From Lama glama (Eukaryota), in NCBI GenBank assembly GCA_028534125.1, contig CM052818.1:12712001-12776000 (forward strand): 64,000 nucleotides of DNA, read 5' to 3'. How positions within the stretch are numbered: position 1 is the first letter of the stretch; every line of letters starts with the position of its first letter. Made by a program: the position numbers and the translations under genes. Shown one piece after another: positions 12,446 to 25,229 of the stretch. The notes beneath the pieces were generated by a model that made no database searches, was not told where the DNA came from, and was given only the letters and a program-made list of their open reading frames with translations.

Positions 12446-14554
12446 AAAGGTATTTAATATGCCAGGTCAAATGGGCTCCTGCACCCTTTTTAATTATCTT
12501 GGCGCACAAGGCTCTATGTTTGTGATAGAATCACCTTTTGTTCTATTTCCATAGAAACTGTTCTTGCTGTACCAGGTCGGAGGAATTATTTTTCATTTTT
12601 TATTTGGCTACTTTCTCTAGGCAAACATTCTCACTTCCCTGTGTTTTATTCTACTGAAACATAAGCTTTCTATAGACTTCTGCAATGTCAATTAAATATC
12701 TTAGTTTTTTTCTCTAGGACTTGAGGCTTTGTCACTGGTGTTATCAATATATTTAATATGTATTTTCTCTATTTAATTATTAAAGCCTTTGATTAAAACA
12801 ATAACCCGTTTAAAAATAACATTTAGATAACACTACCCAATACTATTCTCACCACAAACGCAGCACTCCCCCTCCTCCATAAAAAGCCAAATGTCTAGAA
12901 AGGAACTTTGTCTGTAGTAACAAACTTTCAACAACTTCTCTCCACATTAAAAAGAAAGATTTTTTTCCTTTTTCACAAAATGGAAACAGATCAGTCTGAC
13001 ATTATTCATTTGAAACATGGTGATCTTCCAAAAAGTGTTGAAAACTGGCTTTATAATTTTTCCATACTCTATTTTTGGAGGCTTTTTAAAACAGGGTTGA
13101 TGACTTCATGCTTATTCTTCATGCCTGAAAAATAGCCAAAGGCACCGTAGTTTCCTTACGTCAAACAGACAATTATCATATACTCTGATAAAATGAATTA
13201 GCCATTTTTCCAACCCTCTAGTGTCTCACGTCTAACAATATGGACTGAAATTCTGAAAATTAATCCAAAGATTACAATGCAGTATGATGCCTATTCAGAG
13301 ACGGGGCTCAGTGAACACACACCAGAAGAATGGTACTTAAATTAAATTCTGTCTCCTCTTTTTGCTTCTAGTGACTTTATTCTGTGCAGAGTCAGCACAT
13401 TCCATCTCCTGCTCATGCTTTTCCTCTCTTTCTTCCTCTACCCTATGGACCTCTCTGAGGATTTCACAAAACATTTGCTTCTTTCCTGTATGAACTCAGA
13501 TATACTTTAAACATGAAAACACCTGAGTGATTCTCTAATGCATCTTGCTAGAAATAGCAGTTCTGATAATGATTCTTAGAAATTATTATCTTTCCATTCA
13601 AAAGTAAGCAGAAAAAGGAATTCTGTCCTGACCTTTTATAAGAAATGTATGTGTGAATGTCACCGATATATCTGCAGGCTCTGAAAGGTCACCCATGATT
13701 AACATGACACATGAAGAGTACATTTTTAAACATTCCGGAAGTCAACTTGTAATTTTTTTCAAAAATGAAGGAAAATTCTGATTTCATAGTTGCGAGTTAT
13801 TTTTTTAAATAATAAATTCCTAACAGGAAGTAAGTGATAGTAATTTAGTTTTGTTCTCTCCTTTTTAAAATTATTGCAAACTATTTCAAACTACAGAATA
13901 TCAGCAAGACAAATGGCTGCACATTTTTCTCCCTCAGAATCCTCAAATACTTTCTACAAGAAACAGCTAAACTTCTCTTTAGCCAAAATACAACAAAAGA
14001 AGACAATGTTTATTTATATTTTTAAGAATCACAGTTGGGACTATAACATTCCAATGGCACAACAAAAGACTGGCAATTTCTGGATGTGGTTATGTTTCCG
14101 ATAATATTTTTTTTTCTTTAAAGATATCTAAAAGTGCCCATCCATATTGAATCTATAATGTCAACTTATTTTTTCTTCTACACACCTCCAGTATTCTTAT
14201 TTCATTTTTCACGTAAATGAAAAGACAAACATCCCCAGGACCCACCCACACAACTGTGCTGCATATTGCAAATAGCAAGATGTTTTGCCTACAGCTTCAA
14301 GTAGTGGGCTTTAAGTAGTCATTTCAAAGTTTCTGCCTGGGCCTTAGATGTGCCAGAGTGGCCCTGAGCTCCATTCGTAGACAGAGGCTAGACCAGTTCA
14401 CACAAATTTTCTTCCTAAAGAAAATCTGAGGATATTTTCCTCTTAAGAGATATGAAAGAGAGAAGGAAGGAGTAGAGAAACGGCAAAGTAAAAGGACTAA
14501 ATTCTTACCATGTATAAGAGCTGAATCAGGGGTAAGCATGGACTCAGATTCCTA

Positions 14555-15030
14555 TCGTAGATTACCCACTGTCCTCTGGGCCAGCACTTCATCCAGCCAC
14601 AGCCACGGCAGCTAGCTCCACACAGGTGTACTGGGAGCACTTCCCATCAGCTGCACTGTGGATCTTTTGCTTTCTGCCCTGAGGCTTCTCTGACTGCATG
14701 ACTAAAACGCTGATGAAATCTGCCAGGCTTTAATGCAAGTATGGTTTGGATACACATGAGGGTGATGGCTTGTCATGGGGCAATGCTTGACCAATGAGAG
14801 ATTGGATCCTGTGGATAAATTCTCTGCAATTCTGTCTCCTGGGGAGATGATTCTGAAATACATTCTTCGGGGTTCTTCAGAGGTCCCAGTGGGATCAGTC
14901 CCAGGTGTCTACCTGTACAATGCACTCCTATGCGCTGTGTAGATTTAGTCTTCCATTTCACTCTTCCTTAGTCCAGCATCACTATTCCCTGTCAAGTCTT
15001 TCCCAAATAACTGGCACCTGAGCCCCGTGT
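14555..15030 (+). mobile_element. ERVL LTR (LTR16-like)
   Basis: 'ttctgccctgaggcttctctgac', 'ttgaccaatgagaga...gtggataaat', 'cagaggtcccagtgggatc', 'cccaaataactggcacc'. Confidence 0.7.
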
Positions 15031-15031
15031 G

Positions 15032-15103
15032 TATCAGCCTAGTGCCTACTAGCATAGTTAGCAGGCAGACAGTGTTCAAGAAATATTTACTAAATGAATG
15101 GAC
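15032..15103 (+). mobile_element. L2 3' end
   Basis: cctagtgcct...gtgttcaagaaatatttactaaatgaatg. Confidence 0.5.
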
Positions 15104-15559
15104 ATGAGAATGGCATGAGATAGGATAAGGTAAATAAAATGCATGCTCAATGCATGTAACATAACAGAGGCTTTTAAAAATCTTGGATTATAAAGAGTCC
15201 TAAAATATTTAAAAAGCACTTGTCAAAGAATGATAGTCACAATTTATATAAATTTAGAGTTAGAAAGGACTTTGAATTTATCTAGGACAAACCATTTCCA
15301 AGATAGGAATTCCTCTCCAACATTTTGGACAGATAAAAATCTCAAATTTAGTACTTTGTGTGTATCTATGAAAAGAAATGTAGGACTTCAGGAGGGAGCA
15401 CATTCTACTTTTTAACACATCTGTTCATAAATTTTGTATTATCAGATAATTTTCTTGATACAACTTTCAATTGTTAGTCTTATTTTTGTCTTCTGGTTAA
15501 TACGTTTAATTCTCTTACAGTCGTCTATTGTGACTGAAAAGAGCTAAAATTTCTACGAC

Positions 15560-15830
15560 CATCTTTCAAGGCTTCTCTTGACTAAGCTTTCCACTGAAAT
15601 CCTTTCTAATGCCCATCAGATGACCTGGTAGTCCATTGTCCTAGGATGCTTCATGAACTTGTCAATTATCCTCGGATCATGTTTCAGTTTGCCAATGATC
15701 TTTAAATTATGTGATCAAGCACAATATATACTATTTTAGTAGTGTTCTGGCTAGGCTGGAGTACAATGGGATTATAATCTTTATATTCTGGAAACAGTTC
15801 TTCTTCTTTGGCATTTTGAAAGTATTCACT
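15560..15830 (-). mobile_element. L3/CR1 fragment
   Basis: 'cacaatatatactattttagtagtgttctggctaggctggagtacaatgggattataatc' resembles the CR1 RT antisense strand. Confidence 0.45.
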
Positions 15831-17367
15831 TCAAAAGTCAATTGAACACACTTCTCTCACAAGATCTACCCAAATTTTAGAGCTCCTTTTACTGGATACA
15901 AAGCTATACTCATGATAAACACCCCTGACCATTTGTCCTGATTTCATATACAGGAATAACATTAAGAAGGCTAACACAGCTTTAAGTATACCTAAAACAC
16001 TATTAATTTGTATTGTTCTATTTTTACTAATAAAACATTACTATTTCAGTATGGGCCTTGATTGGATTTGTGGATTTATTAAGTGTTATATCAAACCTTA
16101 TGCATTTTTTCTCCAGTCTTCCATTAGTTGAATCAAAACTGATAAGCTATAAGAAATACAAATTCCAGATTAAGCTTCAGACCTAGTATTTGCTTTTACC
16201 AGCTTACTTATGAAATCATTTTTCCTCCTCACATTTTGAAATGTGGACTCTCATCTTACTGTATAGATTCCAGTTGGATATATTATAGATGGATATCATT
16301 TTTATAGCAAAGCATACTGACACATTTTTTTTTCTAACGTTACTGTTAAAGATCTAGGGATTTGCCAGTACATTTGTTTTCAAACTTCATTTTTTTCACT
16401 CAAAAGAAAACGATGCCTAGAAGCATAAACAAATAAAGCTACTGGAGCAGACCTGCTCTGGTAGAATGGTGTAGTGCTCGCCGCCTCTCTCTTGTACTGT
16501 GTGTGCTCAGCACTGAGGGACCTGCATAGACTCCTAGAGCTCTTCAAATCACAGTTTTAAAACCACTGTCTTAAAGTAGTAAAGAGAGAAAAATGATGCA
16601 GCAGAAAACCTTTGGAGACTCAAAAGCGAGGATGAGAGGCAAGGAGTGGGAAATCTAAAGATGTCTGAGAGACTTTCTACCTAAACCGAGAGTGTTCTTT
16701 TTAAACCATAAAGTACACACCCACCTTACACACAAATTCTTTTGAGTGTCTTAAAATGCTTCCCAGGAACTTTTCTAACTGTACTTCAAACACAAGCTTT
16801 TTCTGACAGAGGTAAAAAACTGTGTATGTCTTAGATTTTTCTCTTAGCTCCTATTGAAGATACCTCTTTCAGCGTCCCTAAAATTTTCCAAAACAAGTCA
16901 TTCTTCCCTGTCATCTTTATTTCCTCTATGCTTTAATCAGTACTTCCATGGAGGGAAGAGTCAATCCAAACAGGGAGATTTTCAGTAGACTCTTATTTAT
17001 ATAGTACCAAGATGGAGCCATATCTTGCTTTCCCTTTAATTCTCTAGCCTGAAATATCCTGATAGTTTTTTGAGATTTGCACTTGCAGATCTATTGAGGA
17101 GGGCCACACAGTAAACCCTTCAACTCTTGCTGACCTTCACCTCTTTCCCTAAATAGCAAAATAAGGATTTTAGTGCTATTTTTGATGTCCAGATCACTAG
17201 TAAGCCAAAATCCTCTAGAAAAGTTCATGCTCATGGTGTTGTATTCTACTTCAAAAGCTACTTCGAATTCACAAGGCTGAGTTGGAGTCCGTCACAATGG
17301 AAAGCCCTGTTTCTCCATCTTCCCTGCCAGTGCACCACTAGTTAACAGTACATGAGGTGTTCTACTC

Positions 17368-17395
17368 GGGAGGGAAGCGGGGGGTTGGGTTGGGG
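17368..17395 (+). other. G-quadruplex-forming motif
   Basis: gggagggaagcggggggttgggttgggg: five G-runs of at least 3 with short loops. Confidence 0.7.
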
Positions 17396-17592
17396 CTGGA
17401 ACTGGAAGATTCCTATGAAAATCTGCAAGGTGTGACTATAGGATTATCAAGCCTCTGCATTCTTTCAGCCTGCTGGGATCTCCCTGTTCCATAATACGTA
17501 AATTAAAATTCCTTCTACACATTCAGATACACACACATCATCAAAACAAAATATGCAGAGATTCTCTGGTTGATTTCCTCCTTCTACTGAAC

Positions 17593-17634
17593 TGCGCACG
17601 CACGTATGTGCGTGCGTGCGTGCGTGCGTACGTA
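17593..17634. repeat. Alternating purine-pyrimidine (GCGT)n/(GCAC)n tract with 9 CpGs
   Basis: tgcgcacgcacgtatgtgcgtgcgtgcgtgcgtgcgtacgta. Confidence 0.9.
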
Positions 17635-17735
17635 GTCTGACCTTTTTGTTGAGGACACTGAATGAACCCACTTATAGAATAAATTACTTTTTCTTGTCCT
17701 GCTCCTGCCCCAAACACTAGTCACTCAGTGCAGAT

Positions 17736-17744
17736 TATATAAAG
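17736..17744 (+). promoter_or_regulatory. Candidate TATA box
   Basis: tatataaag followed by GC-richer sequence; motif match only. Confidence 0.25.
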
Positions 17745-18189
17745 GCAGGAGGAACCAGCAGGGCAGCAGGTAGGAAGTAGTCAGTGTGTAGAGAGAGAGC
17801 CAGGAAACAACTTGAAATTAAGTCAGGAGAGTCTATTCACATGCTTACCATCAGAAACCTCTCACTCTGCCTCCTGCCTCATTTTTGAGTCTCCAAAAAT
17901 GCTTCTATTTTGTGATTTCCCTCTCTCAACTCTTTATTCTCTCAACCAATCACTTTTCGCTGATCCTGTCTCACCTTCTTTTTCTTTATCAATCCTTAAA
18001 TTTCTAAAATTTTTCTTACTTCATTATATAGAACAACAAACTATTTTTTGTCCTACTCCTACCTTTCAAAGCTGATAGCTGAAGGCTGTAGACTTCACCA
18101 AGAAACTGTCTTATGTAGGGTTATACTTAGCAGCATGTAGTACTCTACTGAAGGATTTTCGTGGACAAGTTTTAGATTGTCATGTGTTC

Positions 18190-18615
18190 ATCTTTACTAG
18201 ATTTACTTTAAACCTTGGTATATCTGTGTATATTTAGTTCTATGCAATTCTATCACATGTGTAGATTTGGGTGAACACCACCACGATCAAGATACAACCA
18301 GTTCTAATACATGGATTACTCCTGCTACCATTTTACAGTCATAGCTCTCTCTCTCCCTGGCTTCCCTAACTCTGGCAACCACTGAAATAGTTCTCCATGA
18401 CTATAATTTTCAATAAGCATTTATATATATATATATATATAAAATGCAATATATAAACTTTTGAGATTAGCTTTTTTCACTCAGCATAATTCCCCGGAGA
18501 TACATCAAACTGTTGCATGTATCAATAGTGAGCTTTTTTTAATTGATGAGCAATATTTCATGATATGGATGTACCACAGCCTGTTTAACCATTTGTCTGT
18601 TGAAGAACAGTTTCC
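18190..18615 (-). mobile_element. L1 (L1MC-like) 3'UTR
   Basis: 'caccaccacgatcaagataca', 'ctggcaaccactga', 'ttttttcactcagcataattcccc', 'tatggatgtaccacag'. Confidence 0.85.
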
Positions 18616-18960
18616 ATCCAACTGGAAATTATAGGACTTAAAATACAATAACCAAAATGAAACGCAATGAATGGGCTTAATGGTAGAGTAGAGATGACAG
18701 AGGATAGAATCAGTGACCTGGAAGACAGATCAATAAAATTTACCCAATTTGAACAGGGAGAAAATTGAAAAACAAAACAAAACAAAATGAAAAAAACAGA
18801 GTCTCAGGGACCTGTGGGACAATAACAAAAGAGCTAGCATTCATATTATGCTTTCTTTCTAACATCAGGACCCATGCAAAGATTCTGCTCTCACCACTCT
18901 TATTCAACATAGGACCAGAATTTCTAGCTACTATAATAAGACAAGAAGAAGAAATAAAAA
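18616..18960 (+). mobile_element. L1 ORF1 fragment fused to an ORF2 RT fragment
   Basis: ORF1 'gatgacagaggatagaatcagtgacctggaagacagatcaata...cagagtctcagggacctgtgggacaat', then LSPLLFNIGPEFLATIIRQEEEIK (L1 RT motif). Confidence 0.85.
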
Positions 18961-19109
18961 TCTATTTAGCTGTAGAGCATGAAACTGGAGGAACCATGTT
19001 ACTGTAACTTGGCAGAAAATGATTTTCCAGTCTTCATCTATTTTATGCTTTATTTAACTCATTTTTCATTAAAATCTGATTTTTTTTCCCAATTCACACA
19101 CCTAACCTT

Positions 19110-20800
19110 TAAAATAAATGAAATAATTCAACCATACAGAAAATTACAGAAGACAATGTGAGGAGCACTTAGCTTTATCATAGTATTTCTCACAAGTGCT
19201 TTTTGTCATTTTAAAAGAAGTAGAATATTACAAACACAATTAACCTCCCTCTCTAATCCAATTCCTCTGCTCTCCTCCCATGTAGGTTTTATACTACTAC
19301 AATAAAACATATCTATACCTAGTCTACATACAACAGTATTTGAAGTTTCCAAACTTTAAATAAATTGTGACAGACAGCACATTTTCCCTCCTAAACATTA
19401 TTTTTGTAAGATTTATCTATTTCCCATCAAAAAAAATATATATATATGAGAATTCTTCTTTCTCTCCATTGTTACAACACTTAGGTATAATTCAATTTTG
19501 GCCAATCTAATGATTTGAAATGTTACTTTAAAAAAATTCATTTCTGTGATTACTCGTGAAGTTGAGCATTGTTTTAAATATTTATTACTCATTCAGGTTT
19601 CCATTTCTGTGAATTGCCCAACCATAACTGTGAATTTCCTCAATACATTTTCTAAGGTTGACTAATCTTTGAATTTCTGATGTGAAGTAATAATGTATTT
19701 TTAAAATATATTACTGAATTCTATTTACAAGTAGTTTACTTAAAACTTAATGCTTAAAAATGAAGTTCATATATAATTTATTTTCTTGAATTGTCTCTAT
19801 ACAATGTTCGTATTTTTATTATTGAGACTTAGTGTAAACAAATACTGTTTTCTTCTATTTATTCATTTCTACCTTCTGTTTCTCTTATTAGTATGTATTT
19901 TAACTGCTCTATCACATTTCTATCTTTATTATTTTCTTCATTCTGGGTGATTTATACAGTATTATCTTTTAATTTATTTATTCTTCAGGTCTAATGGTTA
20001 TTTTATCACCTTTTTAAATTTTAATTAGAGAGTATGTCTTCATATGTGAACATCTTAAGTATGTTATTTAAGTTTATTTTTTAAACATACTGTCTCCTAA
20101 AATTAATTAAATCTGGAATAACTTCAAATTCATATTGTTGATTTTGTTGGTGTTCTTTCATTTTTGAAATTGATTGATTGATTATCCCTTTACTTTGGAA
20201 TCTTGGTGTGCGTGTTTATTTTGAGTAGTAAGATTTGACTATTCTCTCTCTCTCTCCCCCTGCCCCGACTTCTTCTCCTCTTCTGTGCTCACCTATCATT
20301 ATCCAGTAGCTTTAGAGTTGCCTGCATCCAGCCCACAGTGTCCCCTGTCTATAGCCAATTCTTACAATGGTATTTCAAAACTTCATCCTTGTTGTTTCAT
20401 TGGAGAAGTCATTGGTCAATTTGCTGAACTAGAGAGTGGCTTGATTTTGTTTCTCATCACCACCCTTCGCTTCCCTAGCTTCACCATTTCTGATAAAGTG
20501 GTAGATCAGGGTATTAGGTGAAAAACAATACTTCAATATTTTTGTTATTTTATACATCTGGGGAATTGATCTCAGTTCTGGATGCAAGCAAAGGGCTTGG
20601 TCCTGAGTCAGACTTGACTTGGAGCACTTTCGGTTTCCACTTTCTGCCGGGAAAAGCTCCTGCCAAGCTGGGTGTGGCTTCAGCATCACATACTGATTTG
20701 TTTCTCTTTTCCATTTCTGATCTCTGGAGATGTATCCTTGTTTTGAGCTCAGCTATGTCTTCTTAATTTTCCGTTAAATTCTATCCAACATTGCTTTGTG
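19110..20800 (-). mobile_element. Very old L1 (L1ME/HAL1-like) fragments
   Basis: T-rich strand; 'tgattactcgtgaagttgagcattgttttaaatatttatt...ttctgtgaattgccc'. Confidence 0.45.
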
Positions 20801-23089
20801 TTTTTATTAGAGGAGAGCATCAAAGATGCTTACCACGCCATCCCAAACTGCCCTCCACTAACATCCTATTCTTGTTCCTCATAATTTAATTTAATAGCAC
20901 ATGGTATTTAAAATGAAACCACTACAGAAGCAATCAAAGGCTTTTTACCCACTCTGGCTTTGTAGTTCTTTTAATGACGCCAGAACAATGTCTGATATTT
21001 AAAGTATGACAGTCGTTATTCACATAATTTTTTTAAATCATTTTTAAATCGTATTTTTGTGTTTCACGTACACCACTAAATTCTAGAAATCTTGCTTATA
21101 TGCAGGACATGTGTAAATAAAAATCTTAGGTTTTGGTAAGAAATAATTTGTTGTGCTTTCTTTTAAAGTCATCATTAAAAAATTGCCAATGTTTTCCTCT
21201 GAGAATTGTGCCTTTTAATCCACCGCTCCATGAGACTTGCTTTCAAGCTTTTTTATAAGAAGACAACTTATATGGCTAAGACAGACTGATGGCAAGCATT
21301 ATTATTTATATTGTAGAGGAAGAAGCAAGACTGATGCAGGGAGTCAAATAACTTGTCTAAGAGATTATATCTCAGAAGTAGAAAAGACCCCTGGTTAAAC
21401 ATTCAATACTGAAAGTATGACTTTTGGCCAGAAAGAAGAACAAAATGTTTAGGGGCTATAAGTAATGTTAGGGTTTTAAGTTATGTTTTCAGTAAGACAT
21501 GGTTTAAGATCTGAGATTTCTATCCAGTTGTGTACATGCTGTCTCTGGTAGTGAAATTAGTGGTAACCCTCTTTTATTTATATGCTAGGTGTTTAATGGG
21601 ACAATACTGGTACTGGAATGGGGGTAGTTACACACCTGAAACAAAAAATTTAACATGCATTTATCTTTAATAAATGCTAAGTAAGAAAGGTAAGTTTTTC
21701 AGTTCATATAATACTCATTTTAAAAGGAAATCAAATTATTTAGGTAGAATTTTATTCTTGTTCCAATTCAAAATGCAATTTGTATAAGCTATATATTATT
21801 TTTCATAAAATAGCTCTAATAATACAGCATTTCACCTTTTAAACAAACTGCTCTAGAAAAGAAAAATAAATTGCTGCAGAAGAGAAAATAATAAGTAAGT
21901 AGATATATCACCCTGATAATAAATACACTGGCACTCAGAAACTCACAAACACATACATACTTAACTTCAGCTTACTGTATACGCAACTCAATGCTGAAAA
22001 CAAATTGTCCCACATAAAATAGACATTCAACAATTCTGACTGATTGAATAAATTAAAACACATTCTGAAAGAGTACAGGAAAAGGAAGTGTGAAAATGAA
22101 GTCATTAAATGGAAGTTTCTTTAGCTCAGCCAGAAAATGCTTCTGAAGTCTCAGCATTGCAGTTGTCTGCCTGCCAACCTTGCTTCTTAAACTTAAGTCT
22201 AGAAAAGAGGATGCTAATATTTATTGCTATTCATCTTCCCCTGGAGGGACTTAACATTTTTCATATGTTGAATATTTGTTTTGTATAATGTGCTGGAAAA
22301 AAGTACTTTCGGCACAGAAACTGTACTGCTGAGTGGACACAAATTCAGGGAGATGGGCTGTGCAAGGGGAGTGCCGTCTACAGTGGGGGCAGGGGCCAAA
22401 GTTCATGACCCTGAGTCCTTCACTCAAGTCACTGGCACAAAGGCTTTTGGAAGAGTTTGTCTCCTTATGTTCTGGGCTAGGGTTCATTCTGCGGGAAAGC
22501 TCTCTGATGGGAAAGCTCCAGCAGGCTAATACAAGTAATATCCGGTGCCGAACTCTGTTATGTTATCTGATGGATTTCTTCATGAAATGCTTACTGCCTT
22601 CCCTTCCCCGCTGTAGCACTTTCCTTGTTCTCTACCTCTTTTCACTTTGTAATTTTTTTCTTACAAAGATCATTCACAAAGGACTTATATCAGTCTGGAT
22701 CGCTGTTGAGACTTCCAGGACAAGTAATCAATACATCTTTAATATTCAAGCAGTTTACAAGCAACAATTAAACTTTCATTATTGTTGTAGTCTTCTAATT
22801 TTAGCACACTGTTTTGTAAATCAGAAAAAAAATAAACCGTCAGATTTTTAAAATACTTTTGTGAAAGAGTACTTCATGTATTAATAAAAATAATACAACC
22901 AAAGCCCATTATAAAATGCTCATTATATTGCTTTAAAGATAATGATTAATAAATGTTTTTTAAATGTAGCAGTTACATAAAATAAAAGTTGGATTAAAAA
23001 AACATGGATTACTTATTTTAGTCCTATTTTTTTATTTAAAGCTGCAAAATTAGAACATGTTAACACTTCTGTTTTCACTGCTATAATGA

Positions 23090-23632
23090 TGCACACTTGC
23101 TCTTAGAATAAAATACAAACTCCACATGGTTACAGACCCCTACAGGTTCTGATTTGATTGTCCAAATTCATTCTTCATAACTCTCTTAACTCTCTCTTGT
23201 TCCTTTCTGATACAGTCATATTGACCTTTTTCATTCCTAAATGCATCATGTTCTTTTCTGCCAGGAAATCTGCGTTAAGATGTTTGCATATGCTGCTTCC
23301 TTTGCGTACAATGTGCCGTCCCTTAGTAGTCAGAAACTTCTTTTCTTCCAGGTCACAAATAAATACAACTCTTCAGCTCAATGTTCTTAACTATGCTGTG
23401 CTCAGACCCAGCAATTCTCTCTTTCATGTTTTATTTTATTACTAGAGCTTATTGTTGTCTGAAATTACCTTTCTTTTTTCATTTAATTTGATTTAACTAT
23501 AGATAGTTCTTGTCACTAGAAATTAAAGTTCCACAAGAGCAGGGGACATTTTGTCTTACTCACCACTATATCCCCAGAGACTAGAATAATAAATTACTTA
23601 AAGGCAGCACATGTTCGGTAATTAAATGAATC
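23090..23632 (+). mobile_element. L2 3' region
   Basis: 'cttagaataaaatacaaactcc', 'ctagaaattaaagttccacaagagcaggggac...ctatatccccagagactagaa'. Confidence 0.8.
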
Positions 23633-23954
23633 TTTTAACAGGAGAGTCAGTCTGGGAATTTGATAAAAAGAGAAATTGCAAAGTACTGTACCTTTAAGGA
23701 TAAGGACCATGCTCTAATTTTTTTTTTCCTTGAAGAGTTAACTAAGCTATCAGTAAAAGATTAAATGTTCAAGTATTCATTACCACCATTTCACACATCC
23801 AGAAAAAAGGTTAGTAAAACACAAAGAAAAATTAGAAAAATAAAGACCTCTTGCCTTATAAAATACAAAGAAGCTCTTTCTAACCCCATCTACTCCTATA
23901 TTAGTACAACAGTCACTTATAGAGCCTATGGAAGCTAGAAAAGAATGGATGTCA

Positions 23955-24493
23955 ATGTGGAAACAACCTAAATGTCCACTGACAGAGGACTGGATAAAGA
24001 AGCTGTAGTATACAATGGAATACTACTCAGCCATAAAAAAGAATAAAATAATGCCATTTGCAGCAACATGGATAGACCTGGAGATCATCATTCTAAGTGA
24101 AGTAAGCCAGAAAGAAAAAGAAAAATACCAAATGATACCATTCATATGTAGAATCTAAAAAAAGAAAAAGTAAGGCAATAATGAACTTATCTACAAAACA
24201 GAAACAGACTCACAGACATGGGGAATGAACTTATGGTTACTAGGGGGAAACAAGGTAGGAATGGATAAATTGTGTGTTTGAGATCTGCAAATATTAACTA
24301 TTATTTATAAAATAGATAAGTGAGTTTTTTCTGTATACCACAGGAACTATATTCAGTATGTTGTAGTAACCTATAATGAAAAAGAATATGAAAATGAGTA
24401 TATGTATATATATGTATAACTGAAACATTATGCTGTACACCAGAAACTGATATATTCTAAACTGATTATACTTCAATTTAAAAAAAAAAAAAA
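23955..24493 (+). mobile_element. Young lineage-specific L1 3' end with poly-A
   Basis: ggaaacaacctaaatgtccactgacagaggactggataaagaag ... tatacttcaattt then A14; gatgtca duplicated at 23948-23954 and 24494-24500. Confidence 0.92.
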
Positions 24494-24610
24494 GATGTCA
24501 CCATTGGGGGAAACCAAGTAAAGGTATAAGAGATCTCTGTTATTTCTTACAAGTGCACGTGACTCTAAAATTACCTTTTAATTAAAATAAAAATTTTAAT
24601 AAAAAAACTT
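24494..24610 (+). mobile_element. Older L1MC-like 3' terminus (target of the young L1)
   Basis: gatgtcaccattgggggaaac...gatctctgttatttcttacaagtgcacgtgactctaaaatta. Confidence 0.7.
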
Positions 24611-24894
24611 TTAAAAATGCATGTAAATGATTGAAAGATAAACATTTGGGTAATAAAAGGATGCTGAACTTCAGATAAGTCTATTTTAAGGAATTTCAGT
24701 GACCCATCTTGAGTCAAGTTTAAAGAACAAAATCTACAATAAAATGGCAGGGAAGAAAGTTAAGTAGGTAAGGAAAATTGCAAGCTAAAAAAAATTTGTC
24801 TTCAGCAACAATTCTTTCTTGAATTATTTCTAACTATGAATACCAAAGTTATCATGTATATGTCCTTAACACCAAACCCCACCTTCTACACTTC

Positions 24895-25200
24895 TCCTAC
24901 ATGTCAGGGGCTGGACCCCATTTCCTAGGCTCCTTTGCCTAATGGGTTCTAGTTTAGTTACACCAATAAGAAACCCTCTTAAGAAATGTGAAATGTTCAA
25001 GAGGGAAAGAAGCCATTATTCTCCTCCAGCAGGTAGATGTGAAGTAAACAGAGTGTGATAGTTGCAATGGCTTCCCTCTGAGCTCCTGAAACACTGCATT
25101 TTGCTGATACAGCAAGCTGTAATCTCCAATATCAAGTTTCTTTGTTTGCATTTGTGTTTCTGAAAGCCAGCAAGAGTTCACCTTCTGAAAGTCAGCTAAG
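24895..25200 (+). mobile_element. Possible old ERVL LTR (LTR33-like)
   Basis: 'catttcctaggctcctttgcc...gggttctagtttag...ccaataag' and 'gaagccattattctcc'. Confidence 0.35.
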
Positions 25201-25229
25201 AAGCTCTTCCTGATCTAATTTTATTAGTG

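Noticed and set aside
22333..22851. 172-aa ORF as a protein-coding gene
   Set aside because: Non-ATG start, an AT-rich low-information C-terminal half, and no recognisable domain.
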